Assembly (NCBI GenBank): GCA_030390025.1
Contig: CM059435.1
Location: 17,546,001-17,610,000, forward strand
Source: Squalus acanthias
Lineage: Eukaryota
Reading direction: 5' to 3'
Length of the DNA: 64,000 nt
Under the pieces are notes generated by a model. That model was not told the DNA's origin. It was given only the letters and a program-made list of their open reading frames with translations, and ran no database searches. The position numbers and the translations under genes are program-made. Shown piece after piece: positions 61,690 to 64,000 of this stretch; within the stretch, counting starts at the first letter, position 1; each line of letters begins with the position of its first letter.

Positions 61690-64000
61690 TTACAGCTGTG
61701 AGGAGGGATGATATGTTAGAAAGATCATCAAATGAGGCCATATGGGTTGAAGTGAAGAACGAAAAAGGGGCAATCACACTGCTAGGAGTGTACTATAGAC
61801 CCCCAAATAGTCAGAGGGAGATAGAAGAGCAAATATGTAGGCAAATTTCTGAAAAGTGCAAAAACAATAGGGCAGTAATACGGGATTTCAACTACCCTAA
61901 TATTAACTGGGATAGAATCGGGTATAGAGGGCACAGAATTCTTAAAATGCATTCAGGAGAACTTTTTTAGCCAGTATGTAGCAAGTCCAACAAGAGAGGG
62001 GGCAGTTCTGGACTTAGTTTTAGGGAATGAAGCTGGGCAGGTAGAAGGGGCATCAGTGGGAGACCATTTTGGTGGTAGTAATCATAATTCAGTTAGATTA
62101 AGTGTAGTTATGGATAAGGACAAAGACAGACCAGGAGTAAAAGTTCTCAGTTGGGGAAAGGCCAATTTTACTAAGCTGAGATGCAATTTAGCAAATGTGG
62201 ACTGGGAACAGCTACTTGAAGGTAAATCAGTGTCAGAGCATTCAGGGAGGAGAGAGTGAGGGTTCACAGCAAATATGTTCCCACAAAGAAAAAGGGTGGG
62301 ACTCCCAAATCTAGAGCCCCCTGAATGTCAAGGGGCATACAGGGTAAGATAAGGCAAAAAAGGAAGCTTATGTCAGATACCGAGAGTTCAATACTGCAGA
62401 AAGCCTAGAGGAGTAAAGAAAGTGCTGGGGTGAAATTAAAAAGGAAATTAGGAAAGCAAAGAGAGGGCCTGAAAAAATACTGGCAAGTAACATTAAGGAA
62501 AACCCAAAGATGTTTTATAAATACATAAAGAGCAAGAGGATAACTAAGGAAAGAGTAGGACCTATTAGAAACCAAAAAGGTAACCTGTGTGTGGAGGCAG
62601 AAGACGTGGGTATGGTTCTCAATGAATACTTTGCGTCTGTCTTCACAAAAGAGAGGGACGATGCAGACATTGTAGTTAAGGAGGAGTGTGAAATATTAGA
62701 TGAGATAAACATAGTGGGAGAGGAAGTATTAAGGGGTTTAGCATCTTTGAAAGTAGATAAATTACCAGGCCCAGATGAAATGTATCCCAGGCTGTTAAGA
62801 GAAGCAAGGGAAGAAATAGCGGAGGCTCTGACCATCATTTTCCAATCCTCTCTGGCTACAGGTGTGGTGCCGGAGGACTGCTAACGTTGTACCATTGTTT
62901 AAGAAGGGAGAAAGGGATAGACCGAGTAATTACAGGCCAGTCAGCCTAACTTCGGTGGTGGGCAAATTATTGGAAAAAATTCTGAGGGACAGTATTAATC
63001 GTCATTTAGAAAGGCATGGATTAATCAAGGACAGTCAGCATGGATTTGTTAAGGGAAGGTAGTGTCTGACGAACTTGACTGAATTTTTTGAGGAGGTAAC
63101 AAGGAGGGTCAATGAAGGTAGTGCATTTGATGTAGTCAGCATGGATTTTAGGAAGGCTTTTGATAAGATGCCACATGATAGACTGGTCAGAAAAGTAAAA
63201 GCTCATGGGATCAAAGGGAAAGTGGCAAGTTGGATCCAAAATTGGCTCAGTGGCAAGAAGCACAGGGTAATGGTCGACGGGTGTTTTTGTGACTGGAAGG
63301 CTGTTTCCATTGGGTTCTGCAGGGCTCAGTACTAGGTCCCTTGGTTTTTGCAGTATATGTCAGTGATTTAGACCTCAATGTAGGGGATATGATTAAGAAT
63401 TTTGCAGATGATACAAAAATTGGGTATGTGGTTGATAGTGAGGAAGAAAGCTATAGACTGCAGGAAGCTATCAATGGGCTGGTCGGGTGGGCAGAAAAGT
63501 GGCAAGTGGAATTCAATCCGGAGAAGTGTGAGGTAATGCATTTGGGGAGGGCTAATAAGGCAAGGGAATACACAATAAATGGTAGGATACTGAGAAGTGT
63601 GGAGGAACAGAGAGATCTTGGAGTGCATGTCCACAGATCCCTGAAGGTAGCAGGTCAGGTAGATAAGGTGGTTAAGAAGGCATATGGGACACTTTCCTTT
63701 ATTAGCCGAGGCATAGAATATAAGAGCAGGGAGGTTATGCTTGAACTGTATAAAACACTAGTTGTGCCACAGCTAGAATACTGCGTACAGTTCTGGTCAC
63801 TACATTACAGGAAAGATGTGATTGCACTCGAGAGGGTACAGGGGAGATTTACGAGGATGTTGCCAGGACTGGAAAATTTTAGCTACGAGGAAAGATTGGA
63901 TAGACTGGGGCTGTTTTCTTTGGAACAGAGGAGGCTGAGGGGAGATTTAATTGAGGTGTATAAAACTATGAGGGGCCTAGATAGAGTGGATAGGAAGGAC
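61690..64000 (+). mobile_element. CR1 LINE ORF2 (APE + RT), disrupted; runs off the window
   Basis: LLGVYYRPPNS, DFNYPNINW, PGPDEMYPRLL, NYRPVSLTSVVGK, DFRKAFDKMPH, FADDTK. Confidence 0.95.

Noticed and set aside
597-63634. Numerous 60-200 aa ORFs in the track
   Set aside because: They are alternative-frame or antisense readings of TEs, or chance ORFs without recognisable domains

Overview
Repeat-rich eukaryotic DNA, most likely from a cartilaginous fish (shark). That call rests on the HE1/V-SINE, Deu/SacSINE-like SINEs and the CR1, L2, Penelope and Harbinger families present. The only clear host coding sequence is the large first coding exon of SLCO4A1 (OATP4A1) at 57712-58453 (+). Everything before it is intergenic or 5' intronic, and everything after it is intron. 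The rest is a nested transposon landscape: four decayed two-gene PIF/Harbinger elements plus many Harbinger-type MITEs, CR1, L2, RTE and a further non-LTR LINE family, a solo LTR, a Tc1/mariner-type MITE, and two Penelope-like families carrying minimal hammerhead ribozyme motifs. The most unusual structures are: a near-perfect 595-bp palindromic Penelope insertion with a hammerhead on each strand and a 13-bp TSD; 130-150-bp TSD-flanked hammerhead elements; a 54-bp x8 minisatellite born inside a Harbinger intron; and a chimeric insertion that copied neighbouring DNA in inverted orientation. I found no CRISPR, prokaryotic or clearly new protein-coding system. All calls are by eye, without database searches.
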